The translations under genes were made by a program, and so were the position numbers. A DNA stretch of 63,686 bases, the filler included, from Octopus bimaculoides (taxonomy: Eukaryota): the NCBI RefSeq assembly GCF_001194135.2. It is 7 parts of 7 records of this genome, joined end to end, with 100 filler letters (N's around TTAATTAATTAA, not from the genome) between each part and the next. Parts side by side here need not be neighbours in the genome. Positions count along the whole stretch, not along the records: positions 35,811 to 54,783 come from NC_068985.1; positions 54,884 to 62,131 come from NC_068989.1; 5 more parts are not named here. One strand, written 5' to 3'. This document shows positions 51,193-62,126 of this stretch, piece by piece (the first letter of the stretch is position 1; every line of letters starts with the position of its first letter). A model generated the notes under the pieces. It saw only the letters and a list, made by a program, of their open reading frames with translations, had not been told where the DNA came from and did no database searches.

Positions 51193-53016
51193 CTGTATTT
51201 CCTCATAACATATAGAGAAATGCATGTCTTTTAATGAAATGATTTTGGTTTTGACTTATTTTAATACAATATTTATGTGTACATTTTCATAAATATTTGT
51301 CTGAGTAGAATTCTAGGCATGCGGAAAACATCGAACGAAAGTGAAACATTAGAAACAAATCGAAATATTGCCTGAAATGACCTCAGAATTGTGCGACCCG
51401 GTTATTTTAGTAGTTAAAAATAGTTGTTGTAGCAAAAATATAGTTTATTTGGTAGATAGATGATCAGCAGTTTTCTTTATTACAGTGCAGCTGTGACTAA
51501 TTCGGAGAAACATTACTTTCATTATTCACACATCGTTAGTCTCGCAATGCAACACTGTTAATTTTGGTTCAAATTGAAAATGTGAAACTATTTTTCCTTT
51601 CTAATGAAACCTGATCGTTGTAGAGAAATGTATTACAAATAACTATAGTTGGTTGTTTAGATAACGTAGAAAATATGTGAATGAAAATAAATATTTGGTA
51701 GCCGAAAGATTACTGAATTTTTTGATACCACATACGTCGAAATCGGCAACTCAGTTTTCGAATGCTTAAGGACCATACGCGCACAAACATACAAATTCTC
51801 TTTTACNNNNNNNNNNNNNNNNNNNNNNNNNNNNNNNNNNNNNNNNNNNNNNNNNNNNNNNNNNNNNNNNNNNNNNNNNNNNNNNNNNNNNNNNNNNNNN
51901 NNNNNNNNNNNNNNNNNNNNNNNNNNNNNNNNNNNNNNNNNNNNNNNNNNNNNNNNNNNNNNNNNNNNNNNNNNNNNNNNNNNNNNNNNNNNNNNNNNNN
52001 NNNNNNNNNNNNNNNNNNNNNNNNNNNNNNNNNNNNNNNNNNNNNNNNNNNNNNNNNNNNNNNNNNNNNNNNNNNNNNNNNNNNNNNNNNNNNNNNNNNN
52101 NNNNNNNNNNNNNNNNNNNNNNNNNNNNNNNNNNNNNNNNNNNNNNNNNNNNNNNNNNNNNNNNNNNNNNNNNNNNNNNNNNNNNNNNNNNNNNNNNNNN
52201 NNNNNNNNNNNNNNNNNNNNNNNNNNNNNNNNNNNNNNNNNNAGAAGAAGAAGAAGAAGAAGAAGAAGAAGAAGAAGAAGAAGAAGAAGAAGAAGAAGAA
52301 GAAGAAGAAGAAGAAGAAGAAGGGGGAAGGAGGAGGAGGAGGAGGAGGAGGAGGTGGAAGAGAAGGAGAAGGTGGCGGCTGCGGAGGCAGCAGCAGCAGC
52401 GGCGACGGTGGTGATGCTGGTGGTGCTGGTGCTGGTGCTGGTGCTGGTGGGTGTGCTACTGCTGTATAAGAGACATAACGGAATTTCGATATCAATAATT
52501 TAAAAGTTAATGTCAATATATAATTCCTTGTTCTTAGAAGTAACTGGAAAATTTGAATGACTTCAAGTTGACGGCAACCACGATTCAAAGAAGATTCAAG
52601 GCTTAATTAACAGAGAGAGAAAAGTTCTTTAAACACACAACTTCAAATGATTATCAAGTAGACCATTTGAAATGTAGAAGTGTTTATGTGAAGTCGTTGC
52701 CGGCAGCATATAACGATGACAGTGGTTAAGGTTGGCCGCGCCGTCTCTACTATAGAATATCAATGTAATATTTACAAATGTCATACATAATTATATGTCT
52801 TTTAACAAATATATATGAGATATGTTTGTCTAGTTATGATGATAAATTTGTGTTTGTAGATCCGTGTGTTCATATATTTAATGTCGTCCCGAATGAGATG
52901 AAAATCGTGTATAACAATAATTAATGACATTAAGAGTGTTTCCTCTTAGGAATAATGATGATGATGATGATTATCATCATCATTTGGATCATGATGACGA
53001 TGAGAATAATAATAAC

Positions 53017-53075
<59 letters not shown>

Positions 53076-53127
53076 CAACAACAACAACAATAATGATAAT
53101 GATAATAATAATAATAACAATAACAAT

Positions 53128-53768
53128 AATAATTCATTCTTTTATTGTCCACAAGGGCTAATATAAATAAACATAAAACACATACAATTGCATTAAAAGG
53201 TAAAAACCGTACGTTACAATGTATTTTGACGTTCGTGTACACAGTAAATAACAATAAAAAATAAACAAGTAAAACTCCCCATAAAGAGAGGCGCTTTAAA
53301 GGTTACTCGCGGAAAAATCCACAAAAGTCACTGGTGCCAGATCAACAGGTCAATTGCACTTCTTTTACTCTTACATGTGTATACTCAGAATTGATCCTTT
53401 CAAACTGGCCACTTTCCCAACATCTACCCACAATTCAACAAATTTGCTAGAAGACAACACTTCCCTCTCCACCCTCACTTTCCTTTTCGAGTGAAACTTC
53501 AAAAAGTTGATGAGAGCTTGGCCAAAGAGGAAAGTGTGTGACTTTAGCTCTTTCAGACAAGTCACCATACTACTTTTTGCTACATCCACCAGACAAATAA
53601 AAATTGCTTGTCCCTCCCGGCCAAAAGAGGGCGGCGGGGAGGCAATTTCTATTATGGATTCAGCTGATAGCCGGGTCCATCCTACATGTGACAACAAATG
53701 TTTGACATAAGCCCACAGGTCAGCAATGCTTGGGTACTGGACGATGGCGTGAAGAACGGTTTCATCGC
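53128..53768 (-). mobile_element. Tx1/L1-like LINE 3' portion (copy 3), runs into a gap
   Basis: LINFLKFHSKRKVRVEREVLSSSKFVELW; tail AGCCCTTGTGGACAATAAAGAATGAATT adjoining the long (AAT)n at 53000-53130. Confidence 0.7.
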
Positions 53769-54277
53769 NNNNNNNNNNNNNNNNNNNNNNNNNNNNNNNN
53801 NNNNNNNNNNNNNNNNNNNNNNNNNNNNNNNNNNNNNNNNNNNNNNNNNNNNNNNNNNNNNNNNNNNNNNNNNNNNNNNNNNNNNNNNNNNNNNNNNNNN
53901 NNNNNNNNNNNNNNNNNNNNNNNNNNNNNNNNNNNNNNNNNNNNNNNNNNNNNNNNNNNNNNNNNNNNNNNNNNNNNNNNNNNNNNNNNNNNNNNNNNNN
54001 NNNNNNNNNNNNNNNNNNNNNNNNNNNNNNNNNNNNNNNNNNNNNNNNNNNNNNNNNNNNNNNNNNNNNNNNNNNNNNNNNNNNNNNNNNNNNNNNNNNN
54101 NNNNNNNNNNNNNNNNNNNNNNNNNNNNNNNNNNNNNNNNNNNNNNNNNNNNNNNNNNNNNNNNNNNNNNNNNNNNNNNNNNNNNNNNNNNNNNNNNNNN
54201 NNNNNNNNNNNNNNNNNNNNNNNNNNNNNNNNNNNNNNNNNNNNNNNNNNNNNNNNNNNNNNNNNNNNNNATATACA

Positions 54278-54690
54278 TGATGATGGCCGTCCACTCGTGA
54301 CCGTGGAAGACCATTGCCGACCTTCAGGAACATTGTGCGCTCTAGGACTAACTTATATTTTGCATTTGCGGCTCCGTTGGTGGCTAATGAGCCCTGCTCT
54401 TGACGAGCATACACGACTGCAAACATTGCAGATTAAGCTTTCCCCATTCACTATATGCATGTGTACTGACATCGTTCCTCTACTCATGTGAGATATGGAC
54501 TCTGTACAAACGTCAGGTAAGGGTCCTTGAACCGCTTTCATCAGAGATATCTGAGGCACATTCTCAATGTTAACTGGACCTCAAAAAATTCCAGACACAC
54601 AGATCCTGAGGACAGCTGATATCTTGAGTATTGAGGCGATGGTGCACAAGCACCGGTTACGTTAGACTGGACACCTTATTAGAATATTTA
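54278..54690. mobile_element. RTE (BovB-like) LINE fragment with internal inversion
   Basis: Minus 54278-54455: C-terminal CNVCSRVCSSRAGLISHQRS* and (ATC)n tail. Plus 54455-54690: YACVLTSFLYSCEIWTLYKRQ...HRLR*TGHLIR. Confidence 0.7.
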
Positions 54691-55919
54691 TACATACATA
54701 CATACATGTAGGTATGCATATATACATACGATATATACATATATACACACACAGACAGACATATATATATATATATATATATANNNNNNNNNNNNNNNNN
54801 NNNNNNNNNNNNNNNNNNNNNNNNNNNTTAATTAATTAANNNNNNNNNNNNNNNNNNNNNNNNNNNNNNNNNNNNNNNNNNNNACCACATAGAGAACATT
54901 TTCCTTCATCAGCTGCCACCATTCTAACACAGGCGTTTCGAAGAGTTAGGGCAGGACTCATCGTTAAAATGGCTCTTCCCACGGACCACAAACTAAATTT
55001 GTACCCACAAATTAAATTTGTACCATGGATGAATGTAGTGGCGGACAGAAAACAAGACAGGAAAACAAACGGAAAAGGCTATACGGCCAGACGTGAAAAA
55101 ATTATGTGTATATTGAACGCTGTGAAGCAACGAACTGGAAGGAAGCGGGACGAAGTAGGTAATCCTGAAACCAAACTTTAGCAACCTGATTAAAAAGACA
55201 CATTAAGAAACAAATTCCTAGATACCTCTAGCCCAGCGCAAATGAAAAAGATAGAATAGAGTTCGGCCGCTTAAATGCTTTAATCAAAGTTCTAGTTGAT
55301 CAGAATTAGCCCAGGACTAAACAATAACAACAGCGACATCTGGTCGTCTACTCAAAAGAAATTGCTTCGGGAAATTTTTCTAGAAATTAAATATATTCAT
55401 TTAGTTTATTGACAGAACACAGTTATAACTCCGAACAGCACATTACTTATCTCTCTTTCTCTCTTTCTTTCTCTCTCTCTCCCTTTCTCTCCCCTCTCTC
55501 TCTTTCTTTCTCTCTCTCCCTCTCTCTCCTCTCTCTCCTCTCTCTCTCATATTTTTGTAAGTTTTTATATGGTTGACACCCACATTTTATTTTATATTTT
55601 TTATCGATTTACTGAGGAAATTATGCATGGATGAATAGCAAATGAAAATAAACATTGATGACATTTTGGCTGAAAGCAGGAAGTGCTTATATATCCTTAC
55701 AGGAGAAGAAATATGCGAACGGTGTTATATCTAACAAACATATGGATATATATAACCCACGCTTATGTCAACAATATTAAATCATACTAAAAAGTTAACC
55801 CTCTCAGACCTGGGTCCCTGTGTCTAACTTTACCCTCCATCTGGAATCCCGAGCAAAATAGTTGTAAAATAGTTGCATTTACAGCACAAGAATAACAACT
55901 GCAAGAATGCTAATGGACA

Positions 55920-56140
55920 GAAACGTTAGCATACCGGGCGAAATGCTTAGTTAGTGGTATTTCGTCTGCCGCCACGTTCTACGTTCAAATTCCGCCGAGG
56001 TCGACTTTGCCTTTCATCCTTTCGGGGTCGATAAATTAAGTACCAGTTACGCACTGGGGTCGATATAATTGACTTAATTAGTTTGTCTGCCCTTGTTTGT
56101 CCCCTCTGTGTAGCCCCTTGTGGGCAGTAAATAAATAAGA
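55920..56140 (+). mobile_element. SINE family A, young-looking copy with variant 3' tail
   Basis: CpG-intact core GTCGACTTTGCCTTTCATCCTTTCGGGGTCGATAAATTAAGTACCAG; tail TGTCCCCTCTGTGTAGCCCCTTGTGGGCAGTAAATAAATAAG. Confidence 0.85.
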
Positions 56141-56184
56141 AACGACTGCATCTTTTCCTGTATGTGTAGTTCAATACCGCTTTA

Positions 56185-56905
56185 CTTTCTAATCGTGCGC
56201 AGAGAGTGAATGTGTGCTCTTTTTTGCTGTTACGTCTCACGAATGAACCTTTTTTGGACCGAATAGTGACTGGTGACGAGAAATGGGTTCTCTATAAAAA
56301 TGGCAAGAGCCGAAGATAGTGTGTAGGGAAAGGAGAAACACTGGCACCCCAGGTTAAAGAAGGTCCTCATCCACGTAAAGTGTTTTCTGTTTGGTGGGAT
56401 ATGAAAGGTTTAGTCCACTTTGAACTTTTAAACCCAAACCAAACGACAACAAAGATTTACTGCGAGCAGCTTGAGCGGCTTAAGTCAGCGCTAGAAGAAA
56501 ATCGACCATCTTTGGTTTCAAGACGAAAGGTATTCTTCCATAAGGATAATGCTGGACCACATACAGGGAGGATGACATTTCAAAGGCTAGAGCAGTTTGA
56601 ATGGGAAACGATGCCCCACTCACGATATTAGCCGAACATTGCCCCACTCACGATATTAGCCGGACATTGCCCCATCTGATAATCATTTATTCCGCTGTCT
56701 TCAAAATCATTTGGACGGAAACAATATGAATTTTGTAGACGAGGTCAGGACAGTACTGGAGGAGTATTTTTCGTCACGTCCAGATAGATGGAAGAGCATT
56801 GAAGAAAATGAAGGAGAGTATATTTTATATTAAAGAAGAACTTTATCTTAATTTTGAAAAAGAAAAGAAGTAAAAAAAAAACACATTATTTATGGAATGA
56901 CCAAA
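56185..56905 (+). mobile_element. mariner (DD34D-type) transposase 3' fossil
   Basis: FLDRIVTGDEKW, VWWDMKGLVHFELL, FHKDNAGPH, PDIAPSD; a 28-bp tandem duplication at 56612-56674 breaks the frame. Confidence 0.85.
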
Positions 56906-57430
56906 TCTCACAAATGTATAGCTTCTTTTCTCTGTCTCTTCTACACTATTCTATACAATATTTACACCCTTCTCTACAGTATTTTACTCCTTTGAACTAG
57001 CTTGCTACCACTAGCATGACCACTCAATTCATCCACCACTTCTCACGTCATCATTTCGGTGCCTCACTCACCAAATAAAGTACATGTATTATCAATTCAT
57101 AATAAGACTGAGAACTCAGGTAAAATCTTTTTCTCTTGTCTTTATAGAGACTTGGAAAATAAACATTTCCCACTTACCATATCACTCTACATCTGTTTCA
57201 AGATAGTGAACAAATCAACGTAAAACTAGATTTTCAAAGTTGTGTCATAAACCAAATCTGTTTAAATAAAAAGTTTTATTTCATCATCATCATCATCAAC
57301 ATCACCATCATCATCACCATCATCATCACCACCACCACCGCCACTGCCACCACCGCCGCCGCCGTCACCACCACCACTTAATTTCTTAGCATTAATTTCT
57401 TACGCATTGCGGGATCCTTATTCCATTTAA

Positions 57431-57631
57431 TTACAGCTTATTGAGGAGTTGGGCGATACAGCTTGTAGATGAATTGGGTGGGGTGTTATTGCTGACGACA
57501 CCACAAATCGTAACGAAATCCCTTCCTAAGTCGTCGTTGTCTCGGTTTTCGTTAGATGCAAGTTCATTCCATTTACACCGCTGGTTCTTCGGAGCCAGTA
57601 CCACAGTTATGTTGTCCCAGTCCGTTCTCTC
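57431..57631 (-). CDS. Unassigned 66-codon open frame in unique sequence, possible terminal exon
   Basis: ERTDWDNITVVLAPKNQRCKWNEL...SCIAQLLNKL*; GC-richer than the flanks; weak acceptor and no recognised domain. Confidence 0.2.
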   Translation of the reverse strand, partial: ERTDWDNITVVLAPKNQRCKWNELASNENRDNDDLGRDFVTICGVVSNNTPPNSSTSCIAQLLNKL

Positions 57632-58074
57632 TTAAGATATTTTTTTAAAATCCCCCCCCCCCCAAAAAAAAGAAGAAAACAACCCATAAAACTAGCTGAT
57701 AGCAATACTGGCACTAGTATCTACTTTATTGTTTGCATTACAAAGCACCTACCAATTCATCTCTCATAAATGTGACAGTTGCAAATTTTCAACGTAAGAT
57801 TTTGCTTTGTCTTTTTTCAAGAAAAAATATCGTAATTAGGGGTTCCTTCTCGTTGTACACTGAATTTAGGGGAGGCAGTTTGCCATGCTGGGCATTAGTG
57901 CATGTGACATATATTTATATATGGAGTTTAACCTCTATGTGTACGATAAATAACTATAAAGATAACAGTAGCACAGTTAAAATATCTGGCAAAAAAATCT
58001 AAGTATTAAACGGCTATCGATTTATTCATTGGCAACGTCTGGGTGATAGATTTTAGGTGAACAAATGGGGCTGA

Positions 58075-58640
58075 TAAGATATTGAGGTATGAGTGGGTTC
58101 GAGGAACAGAAAAAAAAACAAACTGGGAACTGAAACAACTGGGGAAGCAACTGAAGTTTTCGGAAACTGTCGCCTCGACATTATTGAAGCCAGATATGGT
58201 ACTGATCTCAGGAAGTAGTCCTGTTGGAACTTTCCGTTCCCTGGGAGGAATGCATCGAAGAGGCAGATGGGAATATAAATAAATATGCTGAGCTAGTGTC
58301 ACAGCAAGGCATAATCCCGTCGTGGTGAGATGCAGAAGGTTTGCCAGTCAGACCTTCTGCAGAGCTTACAACATAGTTGACATCACAGAGGGAAGTAGAC
58401 AAAAAGACCATCGGGTTGGTTGGGGGGGGGGAGCAAAAGTTACCTCAAAGTGACTGTGGTTCAAGAGGTGCGAGCTCTGGAAAGAGCAGTGCTACTAAGG
58501 ATAGTACTAACTGGACACAAGCTGGGGCTAGATCGATCCAAGCTGCATCGTATGGGTGAGGATATCAGATATTGGAGGACCTAAAACATCTAATGACCCT
58601 AGAAAACATTACTGATGCTGATGTGTCCAAGTGCATCATC
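58075..58640 (+). mobile_element. HERO-clade non-LTR retrotransposon 3' fossil
   Basis: WELKQLGKQLKFSETVASTLLKPDMVLIS (RLE domain), PVVVRCRRFASQT, and a 3' end ...ATGACCCTAGAAAACATTACTGATG..GTGTCCAAGTGCATC resembling HERO ends as I recall them. Confidence 0.6.
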
Positions 58641-59837
58641 CCCCCTCCCTCTCTCTCTCTTTCTCTAGCTTTTCTTCTGGCTCTTTCTTTTCCGCTTTTC
58701 TCATTGTAAACTTCCTCCTCTCTCGTTGTTTGCTTACCAAACTTTATTTTCGTCTTTTATATTGTTTACGTTTTGTGACGTCCTGTACCCGTGTATGCAT
58801 ATATATGTATGTACATATATATATGTATATATGCATGGCGGGAAGAACGGTATAGTTAAATAATTTTTAATAATCTGTTCTGATCGATAATTGTATTTTT
58901 TGGTCATTTGTTCTAATGGAAGCCATTCCTGAGGAAGTGCCAAACGTCAGACATCCAACGGATCAGTCGTTGGATAGAGTTGAGCACAGAAATGTTGACA
59001 TCGAATGGTAAATAATTAAATAAATGGAATAAAAGTCGATCGTGTTGAAAATTTCTATCCTTTTTATATATACAAATTTGAAACCTTGCATATATACATA
59101 TATATATATATATATAGGTTCAAAGAAAAGGAAGAAGACAAAAAACAATAACAAAAAACAATAACGTGAGGACGTGATACAGATGGTGTTACNNNNNNNN
59201 NNNNNNNNNNNNNNNNNNNNNNNNNNNNNNNNNNNNNNNNNNNNNNNNNNNNNNNNNNNNNNNNNNNNNNNNNNNNNNNNNNNNNNNNNNNNNNNNNNNN
59301 NNNNNNNNNNNNNNNNNNNNNNNNNNNNNNNNNNNNNNNNNNNNNNNNNNNNNNNNNNNNNNNNNNNNNNNNNNNNNNNNNNNNNNNNNNNNNNNNNNNN
59401 NNNNNNNNNNNNNNNNNNNNNNNNNNNNNNNNNNNNNNNNNNNNNNNNNNNNNNNNNNNNNNNNNNNNNNNNNNNNNNNNNNNNNNNNNNNNNNNNNNNN
59501 NNNNNNNNNNNNNNNNNNNNNNNNNNNNNNNNNNNNNNNNNNNNNNNNNNNNNNNNNNNNNNNNNNNNNNNNNNNNNNNNNNNNNNNNNNNNNNNNNNNN
59601 NNNNNNNNNNNNNNNNNNNNNNNNNNNNNNNNNNNNNNNNNNNNNNNNNTGTCAACTGATAGGAAACCAATTAGCAATGTTTATATACTCGCCTCATATC
59701 ACTGAGTGTAAAGTTCAGGCCTTCGCTTAGGGTAGTCGTGTAGACATGAACGCAGTATTTGTGTCTCATGAAAGTTGTTGTTTAAGCATAAAAGCGATCT
59801 TTGGTCTTGCGATTTGGGATTAGTTAATTTGTTTAGT

Positions 59838-59987
59838 CTGTTGTGTCTGGGGAGAGTCTTTCTTTTTCAGTGCCTTATAATTTAACACTCACCGGTAAAA
59901 TTTCCACACATATCCTTCTTTATTTTACCGGTGAGTCTGTTAAATTATAAGGCACTAAAAGAGAATGACTCTCCCCAGACACCACAG
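59838..59987. repeat. Near-perfect 150-bp hairpin (fold-back MITE-like)
   Basis: Arms 59838-59901 and 59922-59987 (~64 bp): CTG.TGTCTGGGGAGAGTC...GTGCCTTATAATTTAAC..CTCACCGGTAAAAT; ~20-nt loop. Confidence 0.85.
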
Positions 59988-60591
59988 AATATGCTTCAAC
60001 ACACGAACTCACATAAAGAATCTTGCAAACCAAATCCCAAAACGAAATTTATTTGTTTAAATATAAATATGATGTTTAGGCCTTTTGTTTGGGTAGGTAT
60101 CTAAACATGAAAATTGTGTTAAGGTGTTTGTTCAGGGTAGGTTTTGTGATATCAAGGATGTGCTTTGGTTCTTGTTATTGTTGCTATTCAGTTTCTGGTC
60201 ATTGCGATTAAATAGACCCATGACCAGAGCATTTCCATATATAGGTCGAGTGGCCCATCCCACTCAAAAGGTCCCTGAATAAGGGTTGTTTAAGGATGTT
60301 GAGCAAAACACCCATGTTTCCAAAGGTGAATTATTCAAATCCCAAAGAATTCCTCTCAACACATGGCTATGATGCTCCCCACTACTTCTGCTCATGATCA
60401 GAGATGCACATATCGTCAACTACTAAGGGTCATGCTCAACTGGTTAAGGTCAAACAACTGACAAGCAAATCTGTGGTATTGAGCAGAATATTTGCTGTAG
60501 CCCATCTTTTTATACCAAGACAAAACAATGTACATGATAACACTTCCAATCAATTAAGATCAGAAGCCATGAGAGCCACTGCCTGGTACTG

Positions 60592-60654
<63 letters not shown>

Positions 60655-60961
60655 NNNNNNNNNNNNNNNNNNNNNNNNNNNNNNNNNNNNNNNNNNNNNN
60701 NNNNNNNNNNNNNNNNNNNNNNNNNNNNNNNNNNNNNNNNNNNNNNNNNNNNNNNNNNNNNNNNNNNNNNNNNNNNNNNNNNNNNNNNNNNNNNNNNNNN
60801 NNNNNNNNNNNNNNNNNNNNNNNNNNNNNNNNNNNNNNNNNNNNNNNNNNNNNNNNNNNNNNNNNNNNNNNNNNNNNNNNNNNNNNNNNNNNNNNNNNNN
60901 NNNNNNNNNNNNNNNNNNNNNNNNNNNNNNNNNNNNNNNNNNNNNNNNNNNNNNNNNNNNN

Positions 60962-61180
60962 NTCTAGAGAATGTTTAAGAAACCATAAGAAAATTATGTG
61001 TTTGTTTTAAAGTTTGAGATCACATAGACAGTATTTTACGTAGGATATGGGCAGTTCCCATGAGCACTATCTTTTGAACTTCAGCCATTTTGGGGTTTCC
61101 TGGTATCTGAGCTAGGTAGTAATCAGCCCGTTTCGCTGTTATTCCCAGGGCACCTATGACAATAGGTATTGTTTTAGTCT
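60962..61180 (-). mobile_element. R4/Dong-like LINE extreme 3' fragment (copy 4)
   Basis: KTKTIPIVIGALG...EVQKIVLMGTAHILRKILSM*; (ATT)n on plus directly upstream (61183-61238) and again beyond the gap (60593-60654). Confidence 0.8.
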
Positions 61181-61189
61181 TCATTATTA

Positions 61190-61273
<84 letters not shown>

Positions 61274-61407
61274 TTTGAGAACAAAATAGCAATAATTTTC
61301 ATTTCATTATTAAGGCTAATAATATTCCTCCAAAGTCGACTTTGCCTTTCATCCTTTCGGAGTCGATGTAATCGACTAGCTCCTTCCCCTAAAATTCCGG
61401 GCCCTTT

Positions 61408-61822
61408 ATCTTTCTATTTTCTACTTGTTTCAGTCATTAGCTTGCAGCCATGCTGGGGCACTGCTTTGAAGAAGTTTCCTCAAACGAATCGATCCCTTTA
61501 CTGTTTTTCGTTGAAGCGTGGTACTTATTCTATCGGTTCTTGTGCCGAACAGCTAAGTTCGGAGATGTAAACATACCAACACCGGTTGTCAAACGGTGGT
61601 GGTGGGTGGAACAAACAAAGACACATAGACAAACATGCACGCGCGCACACACACACGCGCGCACGCACACACGCGCGCACACACGCATATATACGACAAG
61701 CTTCTTTCAATTTCTGTCAATCAAATTCACTTGTAAGGCTTCGGTGCCTAAGATGCATTGTAGTCGGATTGAACCCTGAACCAAAGAAGCAAACTTCTTA
61801 CCACACAACCACGTCTTGTGCC
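61408..61822 (-). mobile_element. SINE family B, diverged full-length copy
   Basis: Reverse complement of the head, internal (CA/CG)n microsatellite and tail of 31406-31846. Confidence 0.75.
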
Positions 61823-61859
61823 TATAGTAAAAAGACTTAATATAACTAATATTAGGGTA

Positions 61860-62092
61860 GTGGATGGACAAACTCATTGGCGCGTCGAACAAAAAATATC
61901 TTGAAGTATTTCTTGCACCTCTTTACGTTCTTGAGTTCAAATTCCACTGAGGTCAAGTTTGCTTTCCGTCCATTTGGGTGGGGAACGAGAGGGAAGTGGG
62001 GGGTTGGGGATCGATTATAAAATATTAGTTCAATATTGGGCTCAACACAATCCATTCTTCTCTGGCACATAAATTTGTGTCTGTTAGAAATA

Positions 62093-62095
<3 letters not shown>
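61860..62095 (+). mobile_element. SINE family A, diverged copy
   Basis: GAGTTCAAATTCCACTGAGGTCAAGTTTGCTTTCCGTCC core; tail runs into (TAC)n. Confidence 0.6.
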
Positions 62096-62126
<31 letters not shown>

